Origin: Fistulifera solaris
Lineage: Eukaryota
Direction: 5' to 3'
Length of the DNA: 64,000 nt
NCBI GenBank assembly: GCA_030295235.1
Contig: AP026124.1
Span: forward strand, 1,054,001-1,118,000
Shown piece after piece: positions 11,909 through 23,854 of this stretch. The notes below the pieces were generated by a model. The model saw only the letters and a list, made by a program, of their open reading frames with translations. It searched no databases and was not told the DNA's origin. The translations under genes and the position numbers were made by a program. The first letter of the stretch is position 1. Every line of letters starts with the position of its first letter.

Positions 11909-12835
11909 TTAGTCGTCATTCGAGCCGCCACGGTTTTTTCCGTGGACTACACCGAGAATAAAATCATCCCCTCGTTTCAAAACGCGGTCACTTAAGCGGA
12001 CATTGTCGGGTAGAATCACTCGGTCGACGCGAATAACCTCCTTGAACTGCAAATTTGTACATTCCAGCTCGAGGCGTTCCGGGATGGGGGTGCCCTCTCC
12101 CACGAAGCACTCAACATAACGCTGAATGGGAATAATAAAACCGTCGCGTTTCAGAGCAGGACTTTCTTCCTCGTTCACGTAGACGAGAGGAAGACGAATC
12201 GGTCTTCCAGCATGGTACCGACAGAAATTGGCACAATAAATTGTCTCCTTTACGGGATGTCTTTGGACGTTTTGCGGGATAACTCGATGAACAGTTCCAC
12301 TAGTACAATCGTCTGGGTCCTCTAGTACGGTCAAATTATACACCCTCGACTCAAAGCTTCGATGATACCGATCTAACTCGGCCTGTAGCAACCGCCACGG
12401 AGTCTTGATGAGCATTTTGCTCTCGAGCTGATCCGATCGGATTCCTAAGGAAGGATCACCTCCGTACAAAATTCCCGGAATCATCTTTTTCTTCACGTAG
12501 CCATTCGCTGTTACGCGATCCTGTCTCCTTTCCGAGTCTCGTAAATAACAAGTCAAAGGTCGAATATTGAGTTCGTAGCTGACATCCGAAACAGTCTTCG
12601 ATTCGACATCATTCGACTTGATAATTGGGACTGACGCCGGCTGTTCTGCTTTCTCTTGAAATGCGACAGGATAGTTTGCTCGCAAGTAAGCGAGAGTTAC
12701 ATCATCCGTCTCGGCTTTTGCCTTAGTCAGGCCTTGGACAAAAATGGACGGGTCTTGCCGAAGTGAGCTCAGCCCTTTCGCCTGAACTCTACTGCGTAGC
12801 GGCAATCTAATTGATAATCTCGAAATAATCATCAT
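11909..12835 (-). CDS. rplY: Organellar (probably mitochondrial) ribosomal protein bL25/CTC
   Basis: IPGILYG, VQRHPV, PLVYVNEEESPALKRDG, IPERLELEC. Arg/Ser-rich N-terminal presequence. Confidence 0.75.
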   Translation of the reverse strand: MMIISRLSIRLPLRSRVQAKGLSSLRQDPSIFVQGLTKAKAETDDVTLAYLRANYPVAFQEKAEQPASVPIIKSNDVESKTVSDVSYELNIRPLTCYLRDSERRQDRVTANGYVKKKMIPGILYGGDPSLGIRSDQLESKMLIKTPWRLLQAELDRYHRSFESRVYNLTVLEDPDDCTSGTVHRVIPQNVQRHPVKETIYCANFCRYHAGRPIRLPLVYVNEEESPALKRDGFIIPIQRYVECFVGEGTPIPERLELECTNLQFKEVIRVDRVILPDNVRLSDRVLKRGDDFILGVVHGKNRGGSNDD

Positions 12836-13945
12836 TGTTGAATGTATATGAAAAATAATACTAGGTAAGACGATAAATAAAGCTTTCGTTGCTATTTGCT
12901 GTTCTATTGTGCGGCAGATAGAGACGATGTATTTTTTATTTTTTGGAAGATTTGTAAGTTGTGCGAACGACGCGGACGGCGGACCGTCCCTTCATGACTG
13001 ACATCAGTTGTGATAAATTTCCGGCAATTATAGTTTAGTTGCAATGAACTTGCAAGACAACGATCTGCGTAGAAATTCAACATTGAAATCGAGTTGCTCA
13101 TTTCAAATACAGCCGAAGGTTTTATCGTTATAACAACAAATGTAGCACATCCTGTTAGCGAAATGAATATTGATAAATGACGTTCTGACTCGCAAGTAAA
13201 ATTATGATCCCTCACAGAACACAATTTTTTTTTGTTCAGGAATTGTTACTGTACTTGGGTACGTGCTACCAGATAACATTGTTTCAAAATCTATCTTAGC
13301 AGAAGAAGTTTGCCGAATGTATGGAATATTGTGATTCAAGACAAAAATGCAGTCACAACGAAAGGTCGCCTACACGTTAGCCTACAGTAATGTTGCAGAA
13401 GAACGATCCGCAAACATTTTCCGACATCGAAAATCGAAGCGGGTGTTGCAAATGATGGTGATGGTAATTTCATCATATTCAAATCAATTATGACATGGAA
13501 ATCTTGCAGAACGAACTTAGTAAAAAGCAACAAGTTGTCTGGTTCAAAACGTTTTGGTTCGTGACTGAAACGCAGTCGTGGTTTCTGTGAGAACCAATAT
13601 TTGTGAGGTATCGTCGGATCCGTTGTTTTGTTTCGACCTTTTTTACCACGAGAGGGACGATGGGGACTTCATTCCATTGCAATAAGTAACGCTGATACCA
13701 AACTAATAGAGTTACAAATTTTCGTTATTTTGGGTACATCCATGCTGGTTTACATGGAGTTTAGGTCATCTGAGAAGTAAGAGATGCAATAGAGTTTTCT
13801 GCGCCTAGCAAATTAGGAGACAAGCCGCGGCTCGTTACGAAGGCGCCTCCGATAACTCCTCCCAGTGGCAATCGTTGCTTATCCCTCATGCGACTTACCA
13901 ATCGATAGAAATTTACGTGGCCGTCGAACACGTAGAGGAAGAATT

Positions 13946-14909
13946 ATGAATGTGTCTGAATCTGTCAACAAGGATGCAGCCCACGATGAATTTTGGGATA
14001 TTGCTTTGGAAGCGCACGGAACAACTTCTTTGCCTACAGATGCTGACGATGCTAGTAATTCTTCTTCCGAGGATCACTCGTTCATCACGATGAAACGTAT
14101 TACCTATCGGTTTAACTGTCCGTCGCGACCACCGTTTCGGGTGTCTTTAAGTCCTCTCGCACCGAAATCGGGAATATGGAGTCCTTTGGGATCAGATATC
14201 TGGTATGGATCCGCGCTTCTGACTGCTTTTTTTGTTTACGGAGGAAGACCACCCAGCAGCTGAACTTTTGCACCGTTTTCTCAGAACGAACCTTGCCTCC
14301 AAACTAATGAGTGAATTCAGAGTCTTGGAACTAGGGAGTGGTGCAGTGGGACTAACGGGTCTTGCTGCTGGTTGGATGCTACGTTACTACCCTGCTACTA
14401 CATCATCAAAGGACCGATTAACGCCACCCATTCGTGTAATATTGACCGACAACGAAGAAGATGTTCTTCAACAATTGAGACAGAATATCGAACATAACGT
14501 CGACTCTGTACAGCACGCTCCTTCGATGAGACGCGAGAATATTAATTACAGTGTGGAGTATTTGGATTGGCATGAGCCATCGCCTTTACTTTCGCTCGTG
14601 CAGCTTGTAGTTGGGTCCGAGCTTGTTTATAACAACGAAACGGCGAAAGCCTGCTTTGAGGTTGTGTGTTCTTTAATTGATCAAAATCCACATGTACTGA
14701 TTCTCATCATTCAAGTTTCAGATAGAGATGGATGGAGAGCTTTATTCATCCCTGAACTTCAAAAGCGAGACAATCTAGTTGTCGTGGAAAGTGTCTTATC
14801 TGACCCTTTACTTCACGAGAGAGCAGGCAGCTTGGTTCGCTTTGGCGGGACGCTCAATCGAGAGGATTACTCGCTATGCTACATATACAGTCACCATCTG
14901 TCCTTCTAA
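13946..14909 (+). CDS. METTL21/lysine methyltransferase (Methyltransf_16) family protein
   Basis: G..IWYGSALL, VLELGSG..GLTG, ILTD, LDW, VVGSELVY. Frameshift at T-run 14227-14233. Confidence 0.85.
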
Positions 14910-14990
14910 ATGGAATTTTATGCTATCTTGTTACTTTTATCTTTACGTTAATTTTTCTACTACTGCAATTTCTGCCGGCGCTCTTTGAAA

Positions 14991-16416
14991 CTACATGAGC
15001 AAGCAATCCGTGTCTGGTGAAGTGGGTGTTGAAATTTTTCGAAGGACTGCAAGCAACGGCATCCATTCTTCGTCATTGTTAATTTTCGGAAGCACCATGG
15101 AATAAAAACCGTAATCACCCCTCTCCTTCGGCCAGGTTTTCAAAACAAACTCTTTGAGTTGATCGTCCGACATGCGGGGAGTGCGCATCAAAGCTTCGCG
15201 AGTCGCAAATAGAGCCATGCATTCCAAGTACTCTACATAGTGAAAAGAAACAGTTTCTTTGGAGCAGCAATCCTCTCCCTGAAGCAGCTCACCGTACGAT
15301 TTGTCAAAACCACTAAACGCCTCCATACCTTCATGCTTGTTGTGATACCAGCCATCAACTTTCCCTGCCACGACACGCGTTAGCGGGAACGCATGGAATC
15401 GATGCCACTTGTTGTGTTCTCTCGTATCAATAGCATGAATACCGATCGATTCCAGGCATTGTGCGGTCACAAGACCTGGATTTCCTTGCAACCATGCAGA
15501 TGCATCCGGTCCTACCCAACATTTGTCCGCGTGTTCGTCCCATTTTTGCATCAATTTCTTCATAGTTCCCCGCGAAAGTAAATAACCGGCCGCTCCTGAA
15601 TTAAACACATCTTCTTTTCCGTTCCGTAAAGCGTGTCCGGCGTATAAATCGTCTTCGGCATTCAGTCCATCCAGATAGGTACACAAATGCTCCGGTATCA
15701 CAAAAGTATGATCATTGACAAAGAAACAAAAATCAGGATCCACCCTTTCATGAATGGCACGAATCGTATAAAACAGTCGAGGCAGACCGTCGTCTACACC
15801 AATCATATCCGGCAAAAGAAGCGTTTGAGGATAGCTAAATGTGTCGCTGGGTTCTTTCTCCTCCGAAAACGTCAGATGGCTTCCCTGGGGAAACTCGGTC
15901 TGGTTGTGTAGAACGAAAATAGCTCTCGCGTATGGTCCCCATGTTTTGTGAATCGAGTCTAGCCGGAGACCACGACCTTTGGAATTCACCACCGATGGCA
16001 CTGTCGAGACGAAAGAAGAAAATGAAAGATGAGGAGACTAGGCGCAAATAACGAACTCTCGGGGCATCCGCTTAAGTACTTACTAACAACAGTCACAAAG
16101 CGTGGCGGCCCTGAATAGAAATGATGATGAAAACCCTGTCGTCTTCGTCGAAAAACAGCCGTACCGTGTGCCCACGGATTTCTCATGACATGTAAAATGA
16201 CCTTTCGATGCTGGTGATGCAACAGAACGTATCCCAAAAAGAAACCCAGTATTAAAAGATTGCTACTGCCAAGGCAGCACATCGATCTTCACCTTTCCGA
16301 CGCCGTTGTCGTTTGACGGATTTCGGATTGTCACTTATACTACTTGGACTTGGATATTCGGAAGGCGCGTCGTCTTCGATGAGGTGCTTCTTCCGAGCGT
16401 GTAAATGAGACGCCAT
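14991..16416 (-). CDS. GT31 family glycosyltransferase (C1GALT1/Fringe-like), type II membrane protein
   Basis: FFVNDHTFV, LYAGH, FNSGAAGYLLSR, CCS..VSFHYV; N-terminal TM helix. Intron 16001-16083; indel at 16254-16257. Confidence 0.8.
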
Positions 16417-16893
16417 TCTCTTTAAATGTGTATTATGTTAATTAGTCAAACCAATAACAATGAAGGGCTTTACTTGCAAAGAATCACTGTTTGTTTCATA
16501 ATGTATGGTGCCTATGATAGCCAATAATAATGTTGCTGGTTAATGCAAAGACAATTATTTGATCGGAGTGTATCTTTGCGTGATTTGTCGTGCAACGCTA
16601 AAAGTCTTTTTTATTGTGCGACATGTGTGCGACGGCGAAGAAAATGGATCCTAATTCATGACTGAAATCCAGTCGTGGCCAAAAACAGACAACACTTAGA
16701 ACTACAGTAAAATTTGAAGCTCTTTTTTATGATACAACTAACCGTATACGGTACTCAAACTCATTTTTCTTATAAAAAAATACAATACTGGAAATAATAA
16801 AACCTCGTCCCCCCTGCTCACCCCACCTTTTGCAAAACCAATGCGGCCGTTTAGTTTCATCGATGATTACCAGGTATAGTCAAAGTCTGCAGC

Positions 16894-18802
16894 ATGGACG
16901 ACTTATTTGCCCTCGTCGAAGAAGACGATAATCAACAGGCTCTAGGAGGAGATGATGTGTCGCAGACCTCTGAGCCTCGTCGAGGAGACTCGTCTTCTCC
17001 TGCCCCTCCGAAAAATATTCACGAAAGACTGTCATCGTCGATCGATGCACAAATTGGTTTACGAATTATCAATCGCAAGATATCGGGAGCCGAAATGATG
17101 GATATGATCGCGGCGTCAGTCTATCGATCGCCGGCTATACTCAGTGCCATGAGTCTTGAGGATCTCAACAACCATATTCTCGCTGAGCCCACATTGGTGG
17201 TCAATGCTGCTACCGTTTGTGGCCGCACCAATTTTTGCACTGCAGGGATGGTCTTCTCCAATTCCGGAACACGAATTTCTTCGACAGGAAATGCCTTTTG
17301 CGCTCTGACATTGGGTAATTTTGCCAGTGGCCCCGCCATTAGTGTTTTACTCTTTGGGACTGCTTACAGCAAGTACGTCCGAGCTCTGACACCGGGAAAA
17401 GTCGTCTTTTGGAAAATCCTCGTCTCGCACCTAGTAAAAGCAATAGCTCCGACCGCAAAGATACTTCCATTTCGTTTTCGGCTAGCAATGAGAGGGAAAT
17501 TCAACTCGTGGGAGATGCACAGGACTTTGGAATTTGCAAAGCGATGGTTCGCGGCAAGAATGAAAATGGACAGTGGACGGACAACGCGAAGCGCTGTAAA
17601 ACGTACGTGGATACTCGCGAGTGCTTGTACTGCAAAGTTCACCGTCAGCAAAACAACGTCGTGGATAAATCGTCGGGGAATAAACTGGACAAACTCCGAC
17701 AAGAAGTAAGAGAGAATCTGTCTCAATCCAAATTACTGGGTCATCGACCGGGAGATCATTTGCAAAGACCGACCAATCCAGCACAATCCATGCTCCGTTC
17801 GGCGGCTCAGCCATCAGTGGGATCAAGTGTCCGCGCTTATCAACCATATGAAACTAGGCAACAATCGACTAATCCACTTCTGAATGATTGCGTTGCTAAA
17901 CCAGCAGTACGACACGGCGCTGGGCCTGCCGCTATTTCAAGAAACCTACATCAAAGTTCGACCAAAGTGACCCCTACAACAAGTCAATTACCTTGTCGGG
18001 GTATCGTGAGCAAGAAACGACCCTCTGTTCCGACCACGTCCAAACCAAATTTTCTTAGTCAGATTTCCGGAGGTCGATCGAATGGGAACAAGAGGAAACT
18101 TGGATCGGTCAACACGGACACAGATCATTTCGATGGCCAAGTTGCAGTGCCCAAATCCAAACAATTTGTTCCTATCGACCGAGAAAGGGCCTCTGCGTAC
18201 CAGGCCAAGCATCAACGACCCGTTCTAGAAGTTGGGTCAAAGTCGGAAACGGACATTCGTATGCGCCAAAGACAACTAGCAGAACAGCGTAAGGGCGACA
18301 TCAAAAATCTTCCTTTGAGGCCCACGCCGCAAAATCGGCTTCTCTCTCAGAAGAATGGCCCCGAGGCGATTCAAAAGGCCAAAGGAAGCGACATTTTTGG
18401 GTCCGTGAGCAAAGATGAAATGGCGCGTGTTATGGCCGCCAAGAGTCGCTTCGCCGATGAAGCTGACGCGGAAGAATATGCTCGAGCAAGACAAGCGGTA
18501 TCGGAGCTCGAAAAGAAGAACTCAAAGCTTTACGAAAAGACAAGAACAAGCAGAACAAAACAAATCAACGACAGTCGTCTATCAAGACGGAATACTTTTG
18601 CGTACAATGCAAGCGAAATTATGTGAAAGTTCCACGGTCGTGTCACCTCATGGAGCACAAGATACGTATCGATCGAAAAATTCTAGGTACTCAAACCACG
18701 GCGGAGAAGCGCATGATGCTTTCGACGAAAAGTGTGGAAGATGGCGGTATGGTTTTGGCTCAAGGTATCGATTGGGACAGTCGATTTAGCTATAGATCCT
18801 AA
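16894..18802 (+). CDS. MCM10: Replication factor MCM10
   Basis: OB fold (SVLLFGTAY, ENP), DFGICK...C...ECLYCKVH zinc finger, and C-terminal CVQC...C..H motif. Frameshifts at 17407-17410 and ~18510. Confidence 0.8.
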
Positions 18803-18851
18803 AACGATACGTGATTTCTTGAGCACTGCTACTATAGAACGAATGTAAAAT

Positions 18852-19400
18852 TTAATGAGCTTCTTCTTCGCAGTGGGTCTTGTATGCGTCAGCGTTCATC
18901 AATGACTTCAATTCCGCTTCGTCTTTCATTTCGATCTTGACAAACCAAGCTTTGCCTTCGGCCTCCGAGTTGACCATCCCGGGCTCATCCGAAAGAATTT
19001 CATTGACCTCAACTACAGTGCCGCTGACAGGCGCATATACATCCGATGCGGCCTTGACAGATTCGACACTTCCGAAGGATTCGCCCTTGGCGAATTCGTC
19101 TCCTACTTCTGGAAGATCGACGAAAACAATGTCACCCAATGCAGCCTGAGCGAAATCGGTAATTCCGCAAGTACCGATTTTTCCATCTACTTTGACGTAT
19201 TCGTGGGCTAGAAGAAGCAACGTTAGATACTGAAGTGTAAGGAGAAGCTTTCGATTTCTAATGTTTCAGTAAAAGCCTTACCAGGAGTAAAATAGGACGA
19301 AAAGCGGGCACCTCCGAGGTGTGTGACGCGGCTCATACGAGCGACGCTGTCGAACGATCGACGAGCTACTGTGCGGGTCAAAAAAGCTAACGGAGGCCAT
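18852..19400 (-). CDS. gcvH: Glycine cleavage system H protein, mitochondrial
   Basis: GITDFAQAALGDIVFVDLP and lipoyl site VESVKAASD. One intron (~19209-19281); presequence with indel at 19380-19385. Confidence 0.95.
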
Positions 19401-19614
19401 GTTGTATGCCTTAGTAAGGAAACGGGAAGATTTTTATTAGCTTTTGACGCTAACACGATTCTTTTCAATGCTATGAAACTCGTCTTGTCATTCTCCTCGC
19501 TTTTTCATTGCGATCAGTGCGGCGTTGCCGTTGCGTCACTGCAGCAGTATCTTCAGAAAGTTGCAAACGTCACACCTTCATTCTTGATGCTCCTGATGAC
19601 GTAAACACACATTT

Positions 19615-19922
19615 CCAACAGAAAATCTGGGGCAGTGGTGTTTTCACATATCCAGAAACTCTGGGGGTGTGACATTAAAAAATAATGTTCAGGAAATCTG
19701 GGGGTGTGGTATTGACACTGGTCCAGAAAATCTGGACCTGTTGTATTTTCACGTTCCCAGGAAATCTGGGGGTGTGGTATTGACACTGGTCCAGAAAATC
19801 TGGACCTGTTGTATTTTCACGTTCCCAGGAAATCTGGGGGTGTGGTATTGACACTGGTCCAGAAAATCTGGACCTGTTGTATTTTCACGTTCCCAGAAAA
19901 TCTGGGTGTGTGGTGTTTTCAA
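19615..19922. repeat. 34-bp palindromic minisatellite with three identical 68-bp higher-order units
   Basis: CAG(A/G)AA(A/C)TCTGG cores at 19619, 19653, 19690, 19724, 19758, 19792, 19826, 19860 and 19894. Confidence 0.95.
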
Positions 19923-20059
19923 GTAACTTTATTAGTGTACTTCTCAGATGATAATCTGGTGGTGTTGTGTGTTGTCGTGCCGCAATCAAGCGAGTGGAGA
20001 ACATCATCCTCTTGCTATCCACCAAGTCCTTTTTATCTAGCAAGATCAACTATTACATA

Positions 20060-21052
20060 ATGAAACCAAGAAGAACGATCTTACTTTACTATACAGTCGC
20101 AGCGTACAGCGTCGAAAGCTTTTCAATCGCCATATTTCAGCAGAAACGTCAATATCGAGAAAGTGGTGTTTGTTTTTTGAACCGATTTCTTCTCAGCGCG
20201 GAAGAAGTCAGTCGAGACAAGGATGCTACATTACCTTATGCTATTCTTGGGAAGGATGACTATCGGACGATTCACGCGGCAAAAATCTTGAATCTTAGAA
20301 ATGGAGACTCCGTGCGCGCTGGTTTGGTCAGTTCTAACGATAACAATGGCTTTCTCACCGACCATGCCACTGTTCAATGGTTACCTGAAGGAAAGATAAA
20401 AAAGGCAGAAGTTTTAAACAATGGCGAGCCACCCGGATCGCTCCATATCACACTGCAATCACTCGAGTCGTCAACTCAGCGCTTTTCCCACTCCGTCAGT
20501 CTCATCTTGGCTTTGCCACGACCGTTACAACTAGGAAGGATGTTGCCCATGATATCCCAAATGGGAGTTGATCATCTGGTTCTTACAGAAGCACGAAAAG
20601 TGCCAAAAGACTATTTCGGATCTCATCTATTTCGAAAGCCAGAATTGTTGACAGAACGATTGATCGAGGGTCTCTGTCAATCGGGTGATACGAAGCTGCC
20701 CAAAGTTACAATTGTCAAAAGCCTTTCGCAGTTCTTGGACGGTAAAGTGGACGAACTGTTTCCTCTGCACAGTTATGCACGAGTAATTGCGCACCCACAG
20801 CGAGTCGTTGAAGATAGAGTGATCGAGTCTGTTCGAATGCGCTCGGTTTCCTTTCCCACGGATTCACCGAGGAAAATTGTCATTGCAGTAGGACCCGAAG
20901 GAGGCTGGGAAGAGCCCAATGAAATTGATAGATTTGTCAATGAACATGACTTTCATCAAATTACAATGGGTACACGAGTGCTTCGAAGTGATTGTGCGGT
21001 TGTGAGTCTTTTGGGTTTGGCGCACGACATTTGCGATGACTACTCTGAATGA
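20060..21052 (+). CDS. rsmE: 16S rRNA m3U1498 methyltransferase RsmE, probably plastid-targeted
   Basis: LILALPRP, EGLCQSGDTKLP, AVGPEGGW, MGTRVLRSD (SPOUT fold). Signal peptide ending in ES-F. Confidence 0.9.
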   Translation: MKPRRTILLYYTVAAYSVESFSIAIFQQKRQYRESGVCFLNRFLLSAEEVSRDKDATLPYAILGKDDYRTIHAAKILNLRNGDSVRAGLVSSNDNNGFLTDHATVQWLPEGKIKKAEVLNNGEPPGSLHITLQSLESSTQRFSHSVSLILALPRPLQLGRMLPMISQMGVDHLVLTEARKVPKDYFGSHLFRKPELLTERLIEGLCQSGDTKLPKVTIVKSLSQFLDGKVDELFPLHSYARVIAHPQRVVEDRVIESVRMRSVSFPTDSPRKIVIAVGPEGGWEEPNEIDRFVNEHDFHQITMGTRVLRSDCAVVSLLGLAHDICDDYSE

Positions 21053-21384
21053 GCGTCTGTCGACAAAGTGATAAAGCTTCTAATGGTCGTGTTGGGACTG
21101 TTGTAAGATGAGACGTTTTACTAAGCCTAGTGCCGATGTCGCGAAGTTGTTTCAGAATCACCGTACGTCGAATTTTTAACGTTCTTGACTTGGTGCGGAA
21201 GGAAAACAACGATCGTAACGCCATAGTCGGCGCACATCATAAATTACAGATAGAGCATGCAATAATATGACATAAGGAGTATAGTTCTAAGACTTTAATG
21301 CGTATACGTTTCCTACTTGAACGACACGGCTTCGTGCTGTAGAGATCTCGAGCTAAAATCCAGCAGCGGGTGGTCTACACAATA

Positions 21385-21825
21385 ACAAAAAAACTTGTCA
21401 GCCAAACGCTACCGACACTCCGTTCAATAACCTCAAGCAAACTAAACTACAATTGTCAGTTGCACTACAAAAAAAACCTTTCGAAGCATTATTAGTTCAC
21501 GCGAGGATGCTAGACGTCGAAAACCGGTCGATGTCTGTATTTACTACCTGGTATAGGCCCAAAGTGTTTTCTGTTTTTTGCCACGACTGCAATTCAGTCA
21601 CGAAGCAAAAATTTTTGAGCCAAACTGCCACCGAACCTTCGTTTCGAACTCCATCAAACGAAACTACAAATGTTAATTGCACTATGACTACCCTTCCGAA
21701 GCATTTGCAGTCCACGCCACGGTGCTAGTAGACGTCGAAAAACTTTGCGGATCGTTCTCTTCACTATTTACGATCGATCCGAAGTGTACTCTCAACTTTA
21801 CCACGACTGCATTTCAGTCATGAAT
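21385..21825 (-). repeat. Two diverged tandem units of a ~220-bp repeat family
   Basis: AAACTACAA (21444/21661), TAGACGTCGAAAA and CCACGACTGCA.TTCAGTCA.GAA (21581/21801) recur at ~220-bp spacing. Confidence 0.8.
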
Positions 21826-22141
21826 ATTTATTGCGGAGTTAGGTGCTCGCTATCGCTCCGATATGGCTGATTCATACTCCGTAATACCTAAATCAATAGA
21901 AGGACCTGACATCGTTTATGATACAGATTGCGCTTCTGCGGATCGTTCTCAAAGTGCATATTTATTCTTTTCCTATGATCTATCGTACGACGGCTGGGCG
22001 AAAGACTTTTATGCCTCTGCCTATTCTTATCCGCGATCGCGCAACAAGCAAAAAAAAATCTGCCCCAAAAACCCGCGCAACAAAGCGGAGCGGGAATAGC
22101 ACACAACTATTATTCGTTTGCTTAGTATAACCCAATATAAT

Positions 22142-23604
22142 ATGTCGATGATCCTTTATCCCAAAAATAGCACAGCTTCATTCTTAGAGTTGATTCCTCG
22201 CTCGCAACTTGAGCCGCATCAGATTGCAACGATATCGGGAGGCGAAGAACTGGCGACGTACAAATTGTTGAAAGCACCAAAGACGCTCGAAGAGTTGAAG
22301 CCGTACAAAAACAGCGCCATTTGGATGGACAATGCGACATTGGTTGAAATTTTTGAGCCTGATGAAGCAAACTCCACCGTAACCAAGTATCAAAAGTGGT
22401 TTCAACTTCAATCTAACATCACCCTCTATATTTGGGGCGATTCGGACGATGCGATTGTGGACACGGCTATATTTTTTGGTAGTTTACGCACTCCCGAGGA
22501 AGACGGAGTCATGAGGCTTGAAATTGAGTATAGCGACGAAATAAACTTTGACGCCGACCGCTCCGAGCGGCTTGCTGCCTTGTTTGGACCGGCACCGGCA
22601 AACGAGTTGGTTTTTCATTCAATAGCGAACAAATTTCTTTCAGCTGTTCTAGCAACACGACCGTTTCCAATCAATTTAAGGTTGGAGCACTGGATTGATG
22701 ACGAAACATTCGTAGAGCAACTGGTGACCAGTACAACCTGCTTTGGATCTCTCTTCTTCTCGCTATTTTTTCTTTGAGATGGATCATGGGCGCCTGACAA
22801 GGACCTCGAGATATATGGATTACCACATGATCTTCTTTTCAACTTCCTGTCTGCACCAGTGCAATACATTCATTGTGAACTTATGGAACATGCTGGACGT
22901 ATTTTTTGTCGAATGATTGTCCAGACATCGCCTCCAGAACCATGGACATCTACTCAAATTGTTATTTTTATCCAGAACCTTTCATGCTGCAAGCTTTTGA
23001 TTTAGTGGCTCAGTCAGATCAGGTGGAGAAACTGACGCTGTCAATGGTTGTTTACGGCCTGGAGGTTTCCGCTCGCGGCGAAGAGGCGTTGATTCACGCA
23101 GTCCGTGAGATGAACAATCTGAAATACTTGGAATTCTTGGCTCATGAGAAACAATGGGGCAGTCGCTTACAAGAACTTCTTCAAACTTTGGAAAGCCACA
23201 AGGGACTCAAAGAGTTCGCGATTCGAGAATACCCCAAAAGATTCGACCCCGAGTTCAAGTGGCTTAAACAGTTGATAACACGAAACCGATACTTAAGTGT
23301 CACCATTGAGTCAGGCTGGCGGGACAGCGAAACCAAGAAAATCAACGATACCTGTAGGATGAATCGCTTTTTCCGTGGATCAAAGAGTCTCCAAAACGTG
23401 GCGGCAGCTGATCGAGCACCTCTCGTGTTTGCCGCTTTGACTCGAGACGTTTGCGATTTTCAGCGCACCGTGCTGTTGCTGTCGGATCATGTTGATTTGT
23501 TCTGCCAAATCCTGCACGAGAACTTACCCTCCTTTACATGGAGGATGCGGTTGCAGCGCCTGCGAAAATTGAGCTGCCAGACTTGCATGCTAGAGAAAGA
23601 CTGA
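22142..23604 (+). pseudogene. Disrupted member of a diatom lineage-expanded hypothetical (LRR/RNI-like) family
   Basis: LYIWGDSDDAIVDTAIFFGSL and WLKQLITRNR...NRFFRGS...LLLSDHVD resemble a Fistulifera-type family as I recall it. In-frame TGA at 22775-22777 and frameshift near 22902-22907. Confidence 0.55.
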
Positions 23605-23854
23605 CTGATGTGTGATGTGCAACGCATTCCGTGGTCATTTTGGGAAGTCCTATAGTGTTCGACCTATGAATTAATCTATTCCCCATCAAGATAATTTTCC
23701 ATAACTTCTGTGTGTGTTGTACGTACATGCAGCTACCAACTTTCATGTGCCGGGTTAAAATGCTCTGAACGAACTCTGGATCGTAGTCCGCAATAATTCC
23801 GATCCTAAATCCAGCAGGATAAAGATCCCTTATTGCTTGACGTCTATTTGTTAT

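Noticed and set aside
19615..19922. CRISPR array
   Set aside because: Intervening sequences are repeated (A/B alternation) rather than unique spacers, there are no cas genes, and the context is eukaryotic.
19553..20060. Short ORFs over the minisatellite
   Set aside because: They are translations of the tandem repeat, with no protein-family motifs.
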